Shown: positions 37,974 through 49,658 of the stretch, in pieces
Layout: each line of letters starts with the position of its first letter
Numbering within the stretch: the first letter of the stretch is position 1
Assembly: GCF_006345805.1 (NCBI RefSeq)
Contig: NW_021833233.1
Location: forward strand, 21,127 to 85,126
From: Octopus sinensis
Taxonomy: Eukaryota
Length of the DNA stretch: 64,000 nucleotides
Direction of reading: 5' to 3'
Position numbers and translations under genes: made by a program
The notes under the pieces: generated by a model
Databases searched by the model: none
Told to the model about the DNA's origin: nothing
The model's input: only the letters and a program-made list of their open reading frames with translations

Positions 37974-38203
37974 ATTTCTTTACTACCCACAAGGGGCTAA
38001 ACACAGAGGGGACAAACAAGGACACACAGACGGATTAAGTCGATTATATCGACCCCACTGCGTAAATGGTACTTAATTTATCGACCCCGAAAGGGTGAAA
38101 GGCAAAGTCGACCTCGGCGGAATTTGAACTTAGAACGTAACGGCAGACGAAATACCGCCAAGCATTTCTCCCGGCGTGCTAACGTTTCTGCCACCTCGCC
38201 GTC
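37974..38203 (-). mobile_element. SINE family A, full length
   Basis: Close match to the 1-211 copy, including A- and B-box. Confidence 0.9.
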
Positions 38204-38554
38204 TTCATTATATACATATATGGACAAATACGAACATAGATTTATATAAGTGAAAATATGTACGCACAAACGCATACACACACAACAACACACACACATA
38301 TATCTCTATATATGCGCATGTATGTATTCATAAATCAATTTATATGTAAGTTATGTAAGAATGTATGCATAAATACCTCTGAGCACGAATGTAGACATAT
38401 ATTAGTGTATCTGAAAATATGATATTAATGCGAATATGTGTGCGTGCGTTAGTGCGCATGCGCATGTGTTTGTGCGCGTAAGTATGCATCAGTGTGTATG
38501 TTTTTGTGTATATATATATATATATATATAATATATGCATATAATATATATTTA

Positions 38555-38614
<60 letters not shown>

Positions 38615-39519
38615 ATATATATTAAATATATTATATATAATATATATATATATATGCATTATATTTTAAATATATATATATATATATTATATATATATAT
38701 AATATATATATATATTATATATATATATATACGAGTATTTTTATATGTATGTATATTTGTTCGTGTGTGTGTATATGCGCATACGTATATGAATCTATGC
38801 AGTCATGAATATTTTATGTTTCAATACCAAAGCGCTACTGGTTTGTTCCGTCTAATTTTGTTACCTTCTAAAACAAAAAGCCAAATTCGTATTAATGTTC
38901 ATTATCCGGAATTATAAAATTCAATAAGTGTTCAGGAATTCTTCCAAAGATTCATATTTAAGCATTTTATGGTGCTACACCGTTACGCCACATACATAAT
39001 ATATAGCCCTTTCTATATTTACTAAGATACCGCTTAACGCCTAAACATCTCCTCGAAGTGAAATAGTTTAACTTGATTGTACAATAATTCCATAAGAGAG
39101 AACACAAGAAAATGTCTACTGCACACAGTATGTTAAACATATGACAATATAATTTACAATTTTACGTTTCACTTTTAAACTATAAGTAGATGTTAGTTAC
39201 TTAAAATAGTTGACAACATGCAGTAAATCTTTGAAATATTTCAGCCATTTCAAACTAAAAATTGTACATACTGCATTAAATTGAAGTAAGAGTCATTAAT
39301 CGAATTTACTACCGGGAAGATGGTATTAGCTATTCCGGAGTACATCAGTTATGTAACGAAAATAACAATAGAAGCGGCAGCAATACCATACCATCGATAA
39401 TAATAAAAATGGTTTCCTAACGTTGGCAGGAGGTGAGTAAATGTAGGGCAAAGTGGTTTCGTTCGAATGTGTCGGCTGCAGTATTTGCCTTGTTTATTTA
39501 TTTATTTCGTCGATACCAT

Positions 39520-39596
39520 CATACTCTTTTACTTGTTTCAGTCATTTGACTGCGGCCATGCTGGAGCACCGCCTTCATCATCATCATCACACCACC

Positions 39597-39630
<34 letters not shown>

Positions 39631-39715
39631 TCATCATCACCATCATCATCATCAATCATCATCATCATCATCATCATCATATCATCATCATCATCATCAC
39701 ACACCATCATCATCA

Positions 39716-39750
<35 letters not shown>

Positions 39751-39802
39751 ATCATCATCATCATCGTCGTCGTCATCATCATCATCATCATCATCACCAC
39801 CC

Positions 39803-39845
<43 letters not shown>
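39520..39845. repeat. SINE B tail (minus, 39520-39575) followed by (CAT)n/(CAC)n/(TA)n microsatellite
   Basis: CTCTTTTACTTGTTTCAGTCATTTGACTGCGGCCATGCTGGAGCACCGCC, then triplet repeats. Confidence 0.85.
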
Positions 39846-39846
<1 letters not shown>

Positions 39847-39932
39847 CAATAACATGCAATGCTACATACACCACAGCAACACGGAGGTATATTGTGTGAG
39901 GTATCAACTTGCATGAAACTAACAAATGTATA

Positions 39933-39977
<45 letters not shown>

Positions 39978-39984
39978 ATATACG

Positions 39985-41059
39985 GTGAGAATACAATTAC
40001 TTCCCGATATTGTGTTACAGAAGGGTATTTGGTTACAGGGTTTGGCTCGAGCTTTTGATTGTTTTCATGTTTGTATTTGGTATTGTGTGTAACACCAGTT
40101 GTTTTCTTCTGTGGTGTATCCGATTTGTAGACTACATGTTGTAGACGCTCTTTATACTATTGCATATTTACTGCATAGAGTGTGTCTTGTCTTTGTGAAT
40201 TTATTTGAGTTGTACTAATGAAGTGACAGTGTCTTGCGTAGGCTGTGAGCTGCTCCTATCAGAGCTATGTTTTTAGATAGTGTGTAGTGTTGAGGGTTCA
40301 TGTATAGCCTCTACTTTTTTTGTGTGTTTATACGTTTATTTTTCCAGTTATTATTGGTTTTGTTTTCCCTTTCATGCCCCTCACCTTAAATGCTTCCATT
40401 TCGAATTTTTGAACTTTGACAATTTCTTCATTTCTTTGGGAGTAATATTTTGATTAGAAGGGACTGCAATCAACAAGCAAATGTTCTTTTGTTTTTTTTT
40501 TCCAAATCTTAATTATTATGACTGTGCGATTAGCTTTGATTTCTTTGTTAATTAGAACAATCATATCCCAGATGATTGTGGCCTGGTTGTTGTCATTACC
40601 TTGTTTGGCACACGTTTCTACGATTTTTTGTTAGATTCTATATAGTAGCATCGGAATATTGCCTAGTTATTCAGATTTGGCTGGGACTGGACATCCAGAG
40701 ATGGTGTGGTCAACCGTCTCATTGTACTTGTTGCATATTCAACATTTGGTGTTAGGGTCTGTTTTGCTTATTTTCGTTTTATAATTGTTTGTGATCAAGC
40801 ATTAGACTTGTGCAACGAGAAACATTCCTTTCGTTTTTGCTTTCAGTCCCAAGATTTTGAACTTTTACTTTTGAGCTGTTTGCTTTTACTTAGCCACACT
40901 TCTCTGCCAAGCCTTGCAGCGTACTGAGCATGGAGTGAATTTCTCTCCATGTCTTTCTAAATGCCTTGTAGCTCCATTTTTATGATTTCTGTTTCTTTGA
41001 TAATTTCTGTCGTGTTGTCATCTGAAATCAGTGTTTTGGCGTAGTTTTCTTCTGTTTTG
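39985..41059 (-). pseudogene. R4/Dong-type LINE C-terminal region, heavily decayed
   Basis: Minus-strand fragments correspond to ETE..I.A.DQ, C..C..ET.DHL.SGC, TIIWD..TNKEIKANR, and IALIGAAHSLRKTLSL. Confidence 0.65.
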
Positions 41060-41061
41060 TA

Positions 41062-41357
41062 TTGGGTTGTCCAGAAAGTTCGTGCCGATTTATAGTAGCT
41101 TACATTTCGACTTATTTTAGAACATAGCTGAGTCGATAAAATAGGATTTGACTACACCTCCATTTAGAGCACAGAATAAGCTATTTTTTCGTGGAAGAAG
41201 GTTTATGTTCCTATAACCTGTGTTAATTCTGTAACCCTTTAAAATGGAAGACAAGAAAGTTCATTTTCAGCACTTGATGCTTTGGGACCAGACAAAAATT
41301 GCTGCAACTCGGCTTGGATGTGTTACCCACCCTCCATATTCACCAGATATTGCTCCC
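41062..41357 (+). mobile_element. Mariner transposon deletion derivative (left TIR, N-terminus fused to the YSPDIAP region)
   Basis: TA|TTGGGTTGTCCAGAAAGTTCGTGCCGATTT TIR-like start. ORF MEDKKVHFQHLML...HPPYSPDIAP contains the mariner YSPD(L/I)AP motif. Confidence 0.8.
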
Positions 41358-41784
41358 CAACCTTTGCTCGTGATCATAAATGCACATATGACAGCAAATA
41401 AAGGACATACTCAACTGGTTAAGGTCAAGAGACTGACAAGCAAATCTGTGGTACTGAGCATAATATTTCCTGTAGCCTATTTTAATACCAAGACAGAACA
41501 TGTAAATAACACTTCCAATCTATTCTATTTAACTTCCCCGAAGTGGACAGAGAAGAACAGAAAGACAGCTCTATTGATAACATGTTCTTCGAATCGCTAA
41601 AGAGTCCCTTTTTTGACCTCACTTCTAGATTAGAGTTTTCAGAAAACTCTTTTAGTCTCTAAACCAAAAGTTTCTCGCTATTAGCTATTTATTTATTCCT
41701 CGGCACCGGGATCTTCCTCAAGATCGGTATCGCTCATACTTTCCAAAGACAATTACAAGGCAGACACCCTATCGAACATATTCA

Positions 41785-41945
41785 TTTCAATTCTATGCAC
41801 AAGAACCGACATTTTGCGGGAGAGAGCAAGTCGAGTAGATCGACCCCAATACGCAACTATTACTTAATTTATCGACCCCGAAGCAAAGGCGACCTCGGCA
41901 GAATTTGAACGTAAAGATAGACGAAATACCACCGCTAAGCATTTC
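41785..41945 (-). mobile_element. SINE family A-related fragment
   Basis: TACTTAATTTATCGACCCCG...GACCTCGGCAGAATTTGAAC...GCTAAGCATTTCG. Confidence 0.7.
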
Positions 41946-41949
41946 GTGT

Positions 41950-42205
41950 TTCTCTTGCGTATGTGTTCCCCCCAGCTGGACGGAACGCCAGTCCATCGCA
42001 GGGAACAGGATGAAAGAGTGAGAAAAAGTTGGGGCGAAAGAGTACAACAGGGGTCGTCACCACCCCCTGCCGGAGCCTCGTGGAACATTAGGTGTTTTCG
42101 CTCAATAAACACACACACAACGCACTGACTCGAAACGCCGGACTCGAAACTGCGATCCTCCGACCGAGAGTCTGCTGCCCTAACCATTGGGCCATTGCAC
42201 CTCCA
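41950..42205 (-). mobile_element. SINE family D
   Basis: Reverse complement of GGAGGTGCAATGGCCCAATGGTTAGGGCAGC...GAGCGAAAACACCTAA. Confidence 0.8.
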
Positions 42206-43104
42206 CAGCAACTCACATATTCTAACATATATCTTTCTGTGATAAACTGCATGATTTCAGATTTTAGACAATGCATAACACAATTACTGAGGCACGTTCC
42301 TTCATATGACAGCATTTAAGAATGTTTGTATATCTCAGGACAGGTACATGTGTGTGATAGAGAGAGAGAGAGGGAGAGAGAGAGAGAGAGAGAAACTACG
42401 TGTGTGAGTACGTGTGTGTAAGTGTGACTACGCGTGTGTGTGTGCGCGCGTATTCGTTTGTGTTAGTGTGAGTTCGTTTGTGTGTGTGTACGCGTGTGAT
42501 GCAAATACAGGTAAGTATTTAACTGAAATTCCATCTTGCTACTTTTTATTAAGAAACGACAGCAAATAAAGAAAGATAACCAGGTGATATCCATCTTTAT
42601 GGACGCAGAGAATATTCAGATTGCCATATTTTCGTAGAGGATCCCGGAATACAAGCATGGAATATAATATTAGCTTACCTCTGTATGAAATTGCTATGCT
42701 GGTTATTGAATAAACAGACGTATGAATGAGACATCAGTAATGTATTTATTTAGCACCTGACCTCCTGAATGTATCTCAGCGTTTGCTACGCAAATATTTG
42801 AGTTTTCTATATAAGTTTATATAACCATGGAATACAGATAGTAAAATAAAGCTCTGTCGTGATGTATGGAAAATGTTATATGCCACAAAAGCTTATTTGA
42901 TACATCTTATCGTGTACATTTAACCATCTTCGTAAAACATAATGTGTGCATTTACATAAGTCAATGCAGCAGAGTTCAAGGAAACTAGTATATTAATGTT
43001 ATCGATGATTCATCCTGACCAGCATGCAATAAAGCTAGGCTTCTCTCTCCGCATATTATAATTCGCATGATGCTCTCACTTTTTGAAATTGATATATAGA
43101 TACA

Positions 43105-43137
43105 TATAAACAGATAGATAGATAGAGATAGACAGAT

Positions 43138-43184
<47 letters not shown>

Positions 43185-43202
43185 TAGATAAAAAGATAGA
43201 TG

Positions 43203-43263
<61 letters not shown>

Positions 43264-43264
43264 G

Positions 43265-43331
<67 letters not shown>

Positions 43332-43566
43332 TAGATAGATATGTTTCTTTATTAGCCACACAGGGCTGTACACAGACGAGACAGATTACAAAGAAGAGCT
43401 TTTCTTTTTTCGGGAGAGAAAAAAAAAGTGGGGTAGGTTTTCGATCAAAAGGGATCGTAAAAGGGAAAGAAGAAAAAAAGGAAAGAAAAAAAGAAATAAA
43501 ACGATCAATAGGGATCGTGTATCACAGAAATGTCATGGTGTAAAGTGTAAAGGTGGATAGAAACGG

Positions 43567-43660
<94 letters not shown>
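43105..43660. repeat. Two (GATA)n tracts flanking a short purine-rich repeat
   Basis: Tracts at about 43105-43340 and 43567-43660. Confidence 0.9.
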
Positions 43661-43661
<1 letters not shown>

Positions 43662-43664
43662 AAT

Positions 43665-43815
43665 GCTGTGACGGACCGACATTTCGACCAAGGAGTGAAG
43701 GATTATATACGTTACAGAATCCAGGAAGTCGACCTATTGAACCTATGACTCGGGAAGAAACTTTCGACCTTTGAACTACAAATCTGTCAAGCACTTTAAC
43801 TCCACTAATGCTACC
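43665..43815 (-). mobile_element. Old tRNA-derived SINE fragment
   Basis: Minus strand GGTAGCATTAGTGGAGTTAAAGTG...TCATAGGTTCAATAGGTCGACTTCC resembles family A heads. Confidence 0.45.
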
Positions 43816-44683
43816 ACATTTCCTTTAACACACAGAATTAAAACGTACCCTCCATGACGTTCACTTCTGAATGTGGCTACAACAAATCCAAACACACATG
43901 AATTCCATATAGTGATATTGCAAAATCAATCTAAAACTTGTGTCCATACTTTTTCCAAATAATTCATATTTATAGATAGGCACTACATGTTCCTGTGAAG
44001 ACAACATGCTAAAAGCTGAAAGCTTTTGAATAGTTACTACATGTTTCGTATTGAAATTTATGGAGTAATAGATGCCTTTGTATTGAACACATATGAAACA
44101 GATATATGCACCATTATACAGTTTGTTATACATATTTTCTTTCTTTTCTTTTCGACAGTTCAGATTTTAGAACCATCAAAGTTCTTCAGCTTTTGGGTAG
44201 AATGCTAGAATATTATTAAGAATGCTAGAATATTATTAAGTATTGAACCTGGAAAAGTAGAAGACACGAAGAGAACAAATATTGCTGTCTCAAGTTAGAA
44301 TTTCTGAAATTGTTCATAAAATAGTATGTGCGATTATAATTTTTATTTTGTATTACTTTTTCTGATTTTTCATTGCAGATGTTTTAATTTAAGTTAACAA
44401 ATTTGATTCAAAAACAAATTTGTATTAAACTAAAAAATATCTGTTTTATTTTTAGAATTATATTATTGTTTGATTATGTTTTCTTAGAAAAACTCATTAT
44501 CCAAAAATTTATAAATCAGAGATATTATGTTGAAATTAAACTCAGGCAGGATATATGTAAATTTAAAATAAGAGTACAAAAAAACTAGCAAAATTTATTT
44601 TTAAGTAAACAAAATAATTAATTTCTTTAATGTGTGCATAATCAGATATCAAATTATTTTCTATTTACTGTCAGAGAAAATTC

Positions 44684-44918
44684 CTTTACTCTTTTATTCT
44701 GTTAATTGTTTGAGTCATTTGACTGCGGCCAGGCTGGAGCACCACCTCTTAGTCGAAGACATCGACCCCTGCACTTATTTTGTGTGAGCCTGGTACTTAC
44801 TCTATCGGTCTCTTCTGTCTCACACGTTAAGTTACAGAAACGTAAACACACCAGCATCGGTTGTCAAGCGATGGTGGGGAAGGGACAAACACAGACACAA
44901 ACACACACATATGCATAA

Positions 44919-44987
<69 letters not shown>

Positions 44988-45143
44988 CAAATATATACGA
45001 CGGGTTTCTTTCAATTTCTGTCAACCAAATCCACTTACATAGCTTTGGCCGGCCCGAAGTTATAATAGGCGACACTTGCTCAAGGTGCCACGCAGTGGGA
45101 CTGAACCATGTGGTTCAAGAGCAAGCTTCTTATTACACAGCCA
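44684..45143 (-). mobile_element. SINE family B (head half duplicated at 45998-46160)
   Basis: Tail GGCCAGGCTGGAGCACC, central (TG)n, head GTGGCTGTGTAATAAG. Confidence 0.8.
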
Positions 45144-45962
45144 CGAATCTAATAAAAGTTGTGACAAAAATGTAGAGATGGCAAGTATTAGGGGTTACAA
45201 AAACGTTGTTAAATATGCTTAAATTGCTATTATATGATGTTTTTAAATATACGAAGTACTTAATTTTTGATATTCAATTTTTCATATGTAAAACTATAGG
45301 CAATTAATATTTTCACTAAAATTGAAAATAAATTGATTCTTGAATATTTTAATTTAAAATTTACGCAAACATAAATTATTTAAAAAAGGCATTTATAACT
45401 ATTTTAGTTTCTAAATTCTAATTTCAACTGCAATATTTTACCTTTCTTATCTTCTTTTCCTGGACTTTTCCAGGTTCAATACGCCTGCATTTTTCATATA
45501 TATATATATACAACTTATGCATAAGGGCAAAAGAAAAAATTATTATGCTAAATATAGCGAGAAATAGATTTTAAATAGGCAATAACCACATATAATTTAT
45601 CACTAAATGCACGCGTCTCGAAGCAAATAAGCATTTTCGTGATGAATTATATGTGGTCATGAATGTGTCATATAAAGCATACTTTACTCTTAGTATTGTT
45701 GAGAAAAGTTTATATTTTCTAAGATATTTCGTGTTAAACTAGTCGTATTTCGGTAATTTCAGCCAATCAATGACGTGTATTCAGCTGAATAAAATTACTG
45801 CTGTTGTTTGTCAAACAATTTTCGTCCGCTGCAAGAGAGCAAGGCGACTTCAACCGTGCTCGAAGAACCAAAACAACCGGAAGCGGAAGCAGTTTCTTAC
45901 CACACAGCCACACCTGCACAAATATATATATATAATATATATATATGTGTGTGTGTGTGTGT

Positions 45963-46004
<42 letters not shown>

Positions 46005-46508
46005 CAAACATATACGACGGGTTTCTTTCAGTTTCTATCAACCAAATCCACTTACATGGCTTTGGCCGGCCCGAAGTTATAATAGGCGACACTTGCTCAA
46101 GGTGCCACGCAGTGGGACTGAACCATGTGGTTCAAGAGCAAGCTTCTTATTACACAGCCACGAATCTAATAAAAGTTTGTGACAAAAATGTAGAGATGGC
46201 AAGTATTAGGGGTTACAAAAACGTTGTTAAATATGCTTAAATTGCTATTATATAATGTTTTTAAATATACGAAGTACTTAATTTTTGATATTCAATTTTT
46301 CATATGTAAACATATAGGCAATTAATATTTTCACTAAAATTGAAAATAAATTGATTCTTGAATATTTTAATTTAAAATTTACGCAAACATAAATTATTTA
46401 AAAAAGGCATTTATAACTATTTTAGTTTCTAAATTCTAATTTCAGCTGCAATATTTTACCTTTCTTATCTTCTTTTCCTGGACTTTTCCAGTTCAATACG
46501 CCTGCATT

Positions 46509-46551
<43 letters not shown>

Positions 46552-46958
46552 ACTTATGCATAAGGGCAAAAGAAAAAATTCTTATGCCAAATATAGCGAG
46601 AAATAGATTTTAAATAGGCAATAACCACATATAAGTTATCACTAATGCACGCGTCTCGAAGCAAATAAGTATTTTCGTGATGAATTATATGTGGTCATGA
46701 ATGTGTCATATAAAGCATACTTTACTCTTAGTATTGTTGAGAAAAGTTTATATTTTCTAAGATATTTCGTGTTAAACGAGTCGTATTTCGGTAATTTCAG
46801 CCAATCAATGACATGTATTCAGCTGAATAAAATTACTGCTGTTGTTTGTCAAACAATTTTCGTCCGCTGCAAGAGAGCAAGGCGACTTCAACCGTGCTCG
46901 AAGAACCAAAACAACCGGAAGCGGAAGCAGTTTCTTACCACACAGCCACACCTGCACC
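44984..46958. repeat. ~1.02-1.04-kb tandem duplication
   Basis: TATGCAAA.ATATACGACGGG at 44984 and 46001; CACCTGCAC at 45911 and 46949. Several substitutions plus indels. Confidence 0.95.
45655..45785 (-). mobile_element. Diverged internal fragment of the 869-1282 MITE family (second copy 46680-46822)
   Basis: Minus strand AATACACGTCATTGATTGGCTGAAATT...TTTTCTCAA...CACATTC aligns to about 1087-1204. Confidence 0.65.
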
Positions 46959-47022
46959 AATATATATATATATACCGGAGTAAACACATAAATGTGAAAC
47001 AAGGTGGAATATATATATATAT

Positions 47023-47480
47023 ATAATTTATTTTATCGCATTTTGACTATGTTTACGTATTTCTCGATAAATTTTGACCGTTAGACAATATACCAGAATT
47101 CCCTTTGTTTGTCGGGTACATTCTGCGTCTGCGCAATGATCTGAAAAATTAGAGATAGCAAATTAGTAGAGACGCACATGCTTCTATTGATATGCGACTC
47201 TTGAATAACAGGTGTCTTACTGATGAATCTGCCTGAGCAATAAATTATATTTAATGCTGAAAAAGACGAAACTGCAGTATAAGATGAACCGAGCTTGTAA
47301 AGGTTTTTAATTTTCATTTCACTAAATTTATCCAACTTTTGTGTATCTAGTACTCACTTCTTCTTCTGGAAGCCTTTTAATGTACTTATATATGAATAAC
47401 ATATGGCCTATGGCTAAAATGTCTTTTGTGCTAGATCACCGGCGATAATAATTTATTTTATCGCATTTTGACTATGTTTA
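47023..47480 (+). mobile_element. 425-bp HHR-containing unit with 33-bp terminal direct repeat (retrozyme/pLTR-like)
   Basis: ATAATTTATTTTATCGCATTTTGACTATGTTTA at 47023-47055 and 47448-47480, with an HHR in between and no ORF. Confidence 0.7.
47213..47286 (+). ncRNA. Minimal type I hammerhead ribozyme motif
   Basis: Stem I TGTCTTA/TAAGATG; CTGATGA 47220-47226; extended stem II (A.C closing, TCT/AGA, AGCAATAAAT/ATTTAATGCT); GAAA 47268-47271; stem III palindrome ACTGCAGT; predicted cleavage after GUA at 47279. Confidence 0.8.
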
Positions 47481-47516
47481 TATATATATATATATAATAT
47501 ATATATATATATATAA

Positions 47517-47612
47517 ACGCTTAGTCGAAGTCGACTCTCGGTTATTCGATGGATCAGTGTTCTTCAGCCAGTTCTATCCTGGGTCGCTTCTTTCAGATTG
47601 GCTATGGCCAAT
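47517..47612 (-). mobile_element. RTE (BovB-like) LINE extreme 3' end
   Basis: Matches 22595-22675 (AGTCGAAGTCGACTCTC...CAGCCAGTTCTATC.TGGGTCGCTTCTTTCAGATTG). Confidence 0.75.
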
Positions 47613-47895
47613 GTATATATATATTTATATATATATCACCATGACCTACCGGACTATCAGATGTTGCTACATACCGCTGGTCACAATGCGCTTCGCATTT
47701 TTTAGCCTTCAAATGACGCCACCCCGCTGGCGATATATATATATAATTTCAGCAAAACAATTGAGATTCAAATGAATTCAAATGAATTCAAATGAATATG
47801 GTACTTAACTTAGATGCACCAAAATTCTTTATGGTATTAACCATAAAAATATGTGGGGTGATTATAACCAAGAAAAAAGTAACAAGAATTGATCA

Positions 47896-47990
47896 GTAAT
47901 TTAGTACAATTGTTTCATACTAAGAACATTTTATTTGAAGCTGCAAATATTACAGCAAATATAATGTCTAGTATTCATCAGCTAAATCAC
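47896..47990 (-). ncRNA. Minimal type I hammerhead ribozyme motif (left arm)
   Basis: GTGATTTAG CTGATGA ATACTA-GACATT...AATGTT-CT-TAGTAT GAAA C AATT GTA | CTAAATTAC. 9-bp stem I; predicted cleavage between 47905 and 47904. Confidence 0.85.
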
Positions 47991-48304
47991 ATATATGTTT
48001 TCCAAACCTCCTAGAGAGTGTAAATATCCTTATGAAGTATTCAGAGCGAGTTCTATGAATTTGAAGTAAGGTAATAAGCAGACTTTATATGTTTTCCAAC
48101 AATGCACAGTTTAAAAAAAATGTTTTTTAATGAATGTAAATCGAACCATAAAGGTGTTGATATAAATTCCAGGAAACATGAGGAAAGGTGTTGTTAACAC
48201 ACTGGTTCAGTTCACATCTAACTGTTGCAGACAGAATTTAGTAGTAGTAAGAAATATAGCGAGGTAGATATTTACACTCTCTAGGATGTTTGGAAGACAT
48301 ATAT

Positions 48305-48394
48305 GTGATTTAGCTGATGAATACTTTATATTTGCTGTAATATTTGCAGCTTTAAATAAAATGTTCTTAGTATGAAACAATTGTACTAAATTAC
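48305..48394 (+). ncRNA. Minimal type I hammerhead ribozyme motif (right arm)
   Basis: GTGATTTAG CTGATGA(48314-48320) ATACT...AGTAT GAAA(48374-48377) C AATT GTA(48385) | CTAAATTAC. Stem III palindrome ACAATTGT. Confidence 0.85.
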
Positions 48395-48425
48395 TGATCC
48401 ATTCTTGTTACTTTTTCTTAGTTAT

Positions 48426-48475
<50 letters not shown>

Positions 48476-49203
48476 TAGATAGATAGATAGATATACATAC
48501 ATACATACATATACATATTATATATATATATATGTATGTGTGTATACATGAAAAATCAACACTATATTCTAAGCTACGTAACATATGTATACATATGTGT
48601 GTATGCATGCATATGCATGTGTACGTGTGTGTGTGTTTGTATGTATATATATTACGTAGCATCGGATGTATTATTTTCTTGGATTGATTATTTTCTTGGA
48701 AGACAAAACATTTTTTTTATTTACCATTGCAAATTTGCTATTATGCCGTATATATTGAATCTAACTTACATTTATTTAAATATTGCAATCAAAGAAGGCA
48801 ACAACTGCAGTCCTCTCATATAGGCTGCATCTTTTTTTTCTATAGCTACATACTCATATGAAGTATAATCAATGTTACTGACAACCTCCGTTAATCATAG
48901 GCCTATGCACATGTATGGGAGAACGTGGTTTCTGCGTTTATTTTTTTGCGCGTTTCCATGTTCATGTATATGTTTGTGTTTGTGTGTGAGTGTGTATGTA
49001 TTCAATACAATATATTGCAATTTATTCCCTGAATTTACAATTAGTGTCTTGTGAAATCGAATTCAAAAGAACGATTCTGAGGTCGGTGTGGTTTCTCGCA
49101 CGCAATAATATATATATATGAGACTGCATCGATGTAATATTTTATTTTACTAGTTCCTCATTGGTGTAAGGCCCAAATTCGTGTGTGCTACTCTATGTAT
49201 TGC

Positions 49204-49250
<47 letters not shown>

Positions 49251-49252
<2 letters not shown>

Positions 49253-49658
49253 TCTTTTACTTGTTTCAATCATTTGACTGCGGCCATGCTGGAGCACCGC
49301 CTTTAGTCGAGCAAATCGACCCCGGGTCTTATTCTTTGTAAGCCCAGTACCTATTCTATCGGTCTCTTTTACCGGGACGTAAACACACGTCGGTTGTCAA
49401 GCAATGTTAGGGAGACGAACACAGACATATACACACACACGCACACACACGCACACATATATATATATATATATTATATATATATACATATATACGACAG
49501 GCTTCTTTCAGTTTCCGTCTACCAAATCCACTCACAAGGCTTTGATCGGCCCAAGGCTATAGCAGAAGACACTTGCCCAAGATGCCACGAAGTGGGACTG
49601 AATCCGGGACCATGTGGTTGGTAAGCAAGCTACCTACCACACAGCCACTCCTGCGCCT
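49251..49658 (-). mobile_element. SINE family B, near full length
   Basis: Head GGCGCAGGAGTGGCTGTGTGGTAGG and tail ...GACTAAAGGCGGTGCTCCAGCATGGCCGCAGTCAAATGATTGAAACAAG. Confidence 0.9.

Larger units (their letters stand above)
47861..48428. mobile_element. Foldback element with ~160-bp inverted arms, each carrying a canonical HHR
   Basis: Arms 47861-48028 and 48267-48428, 238-bp spacer, no ORF. Confidence 0.9.

Noticed and set aside
44140-44215. Polypyrimidine tract plus CAG as a splice acceptor and a small exon
   Set aside because: All frames close within about 20 codons, the donor is weak, and I found no partner exons.
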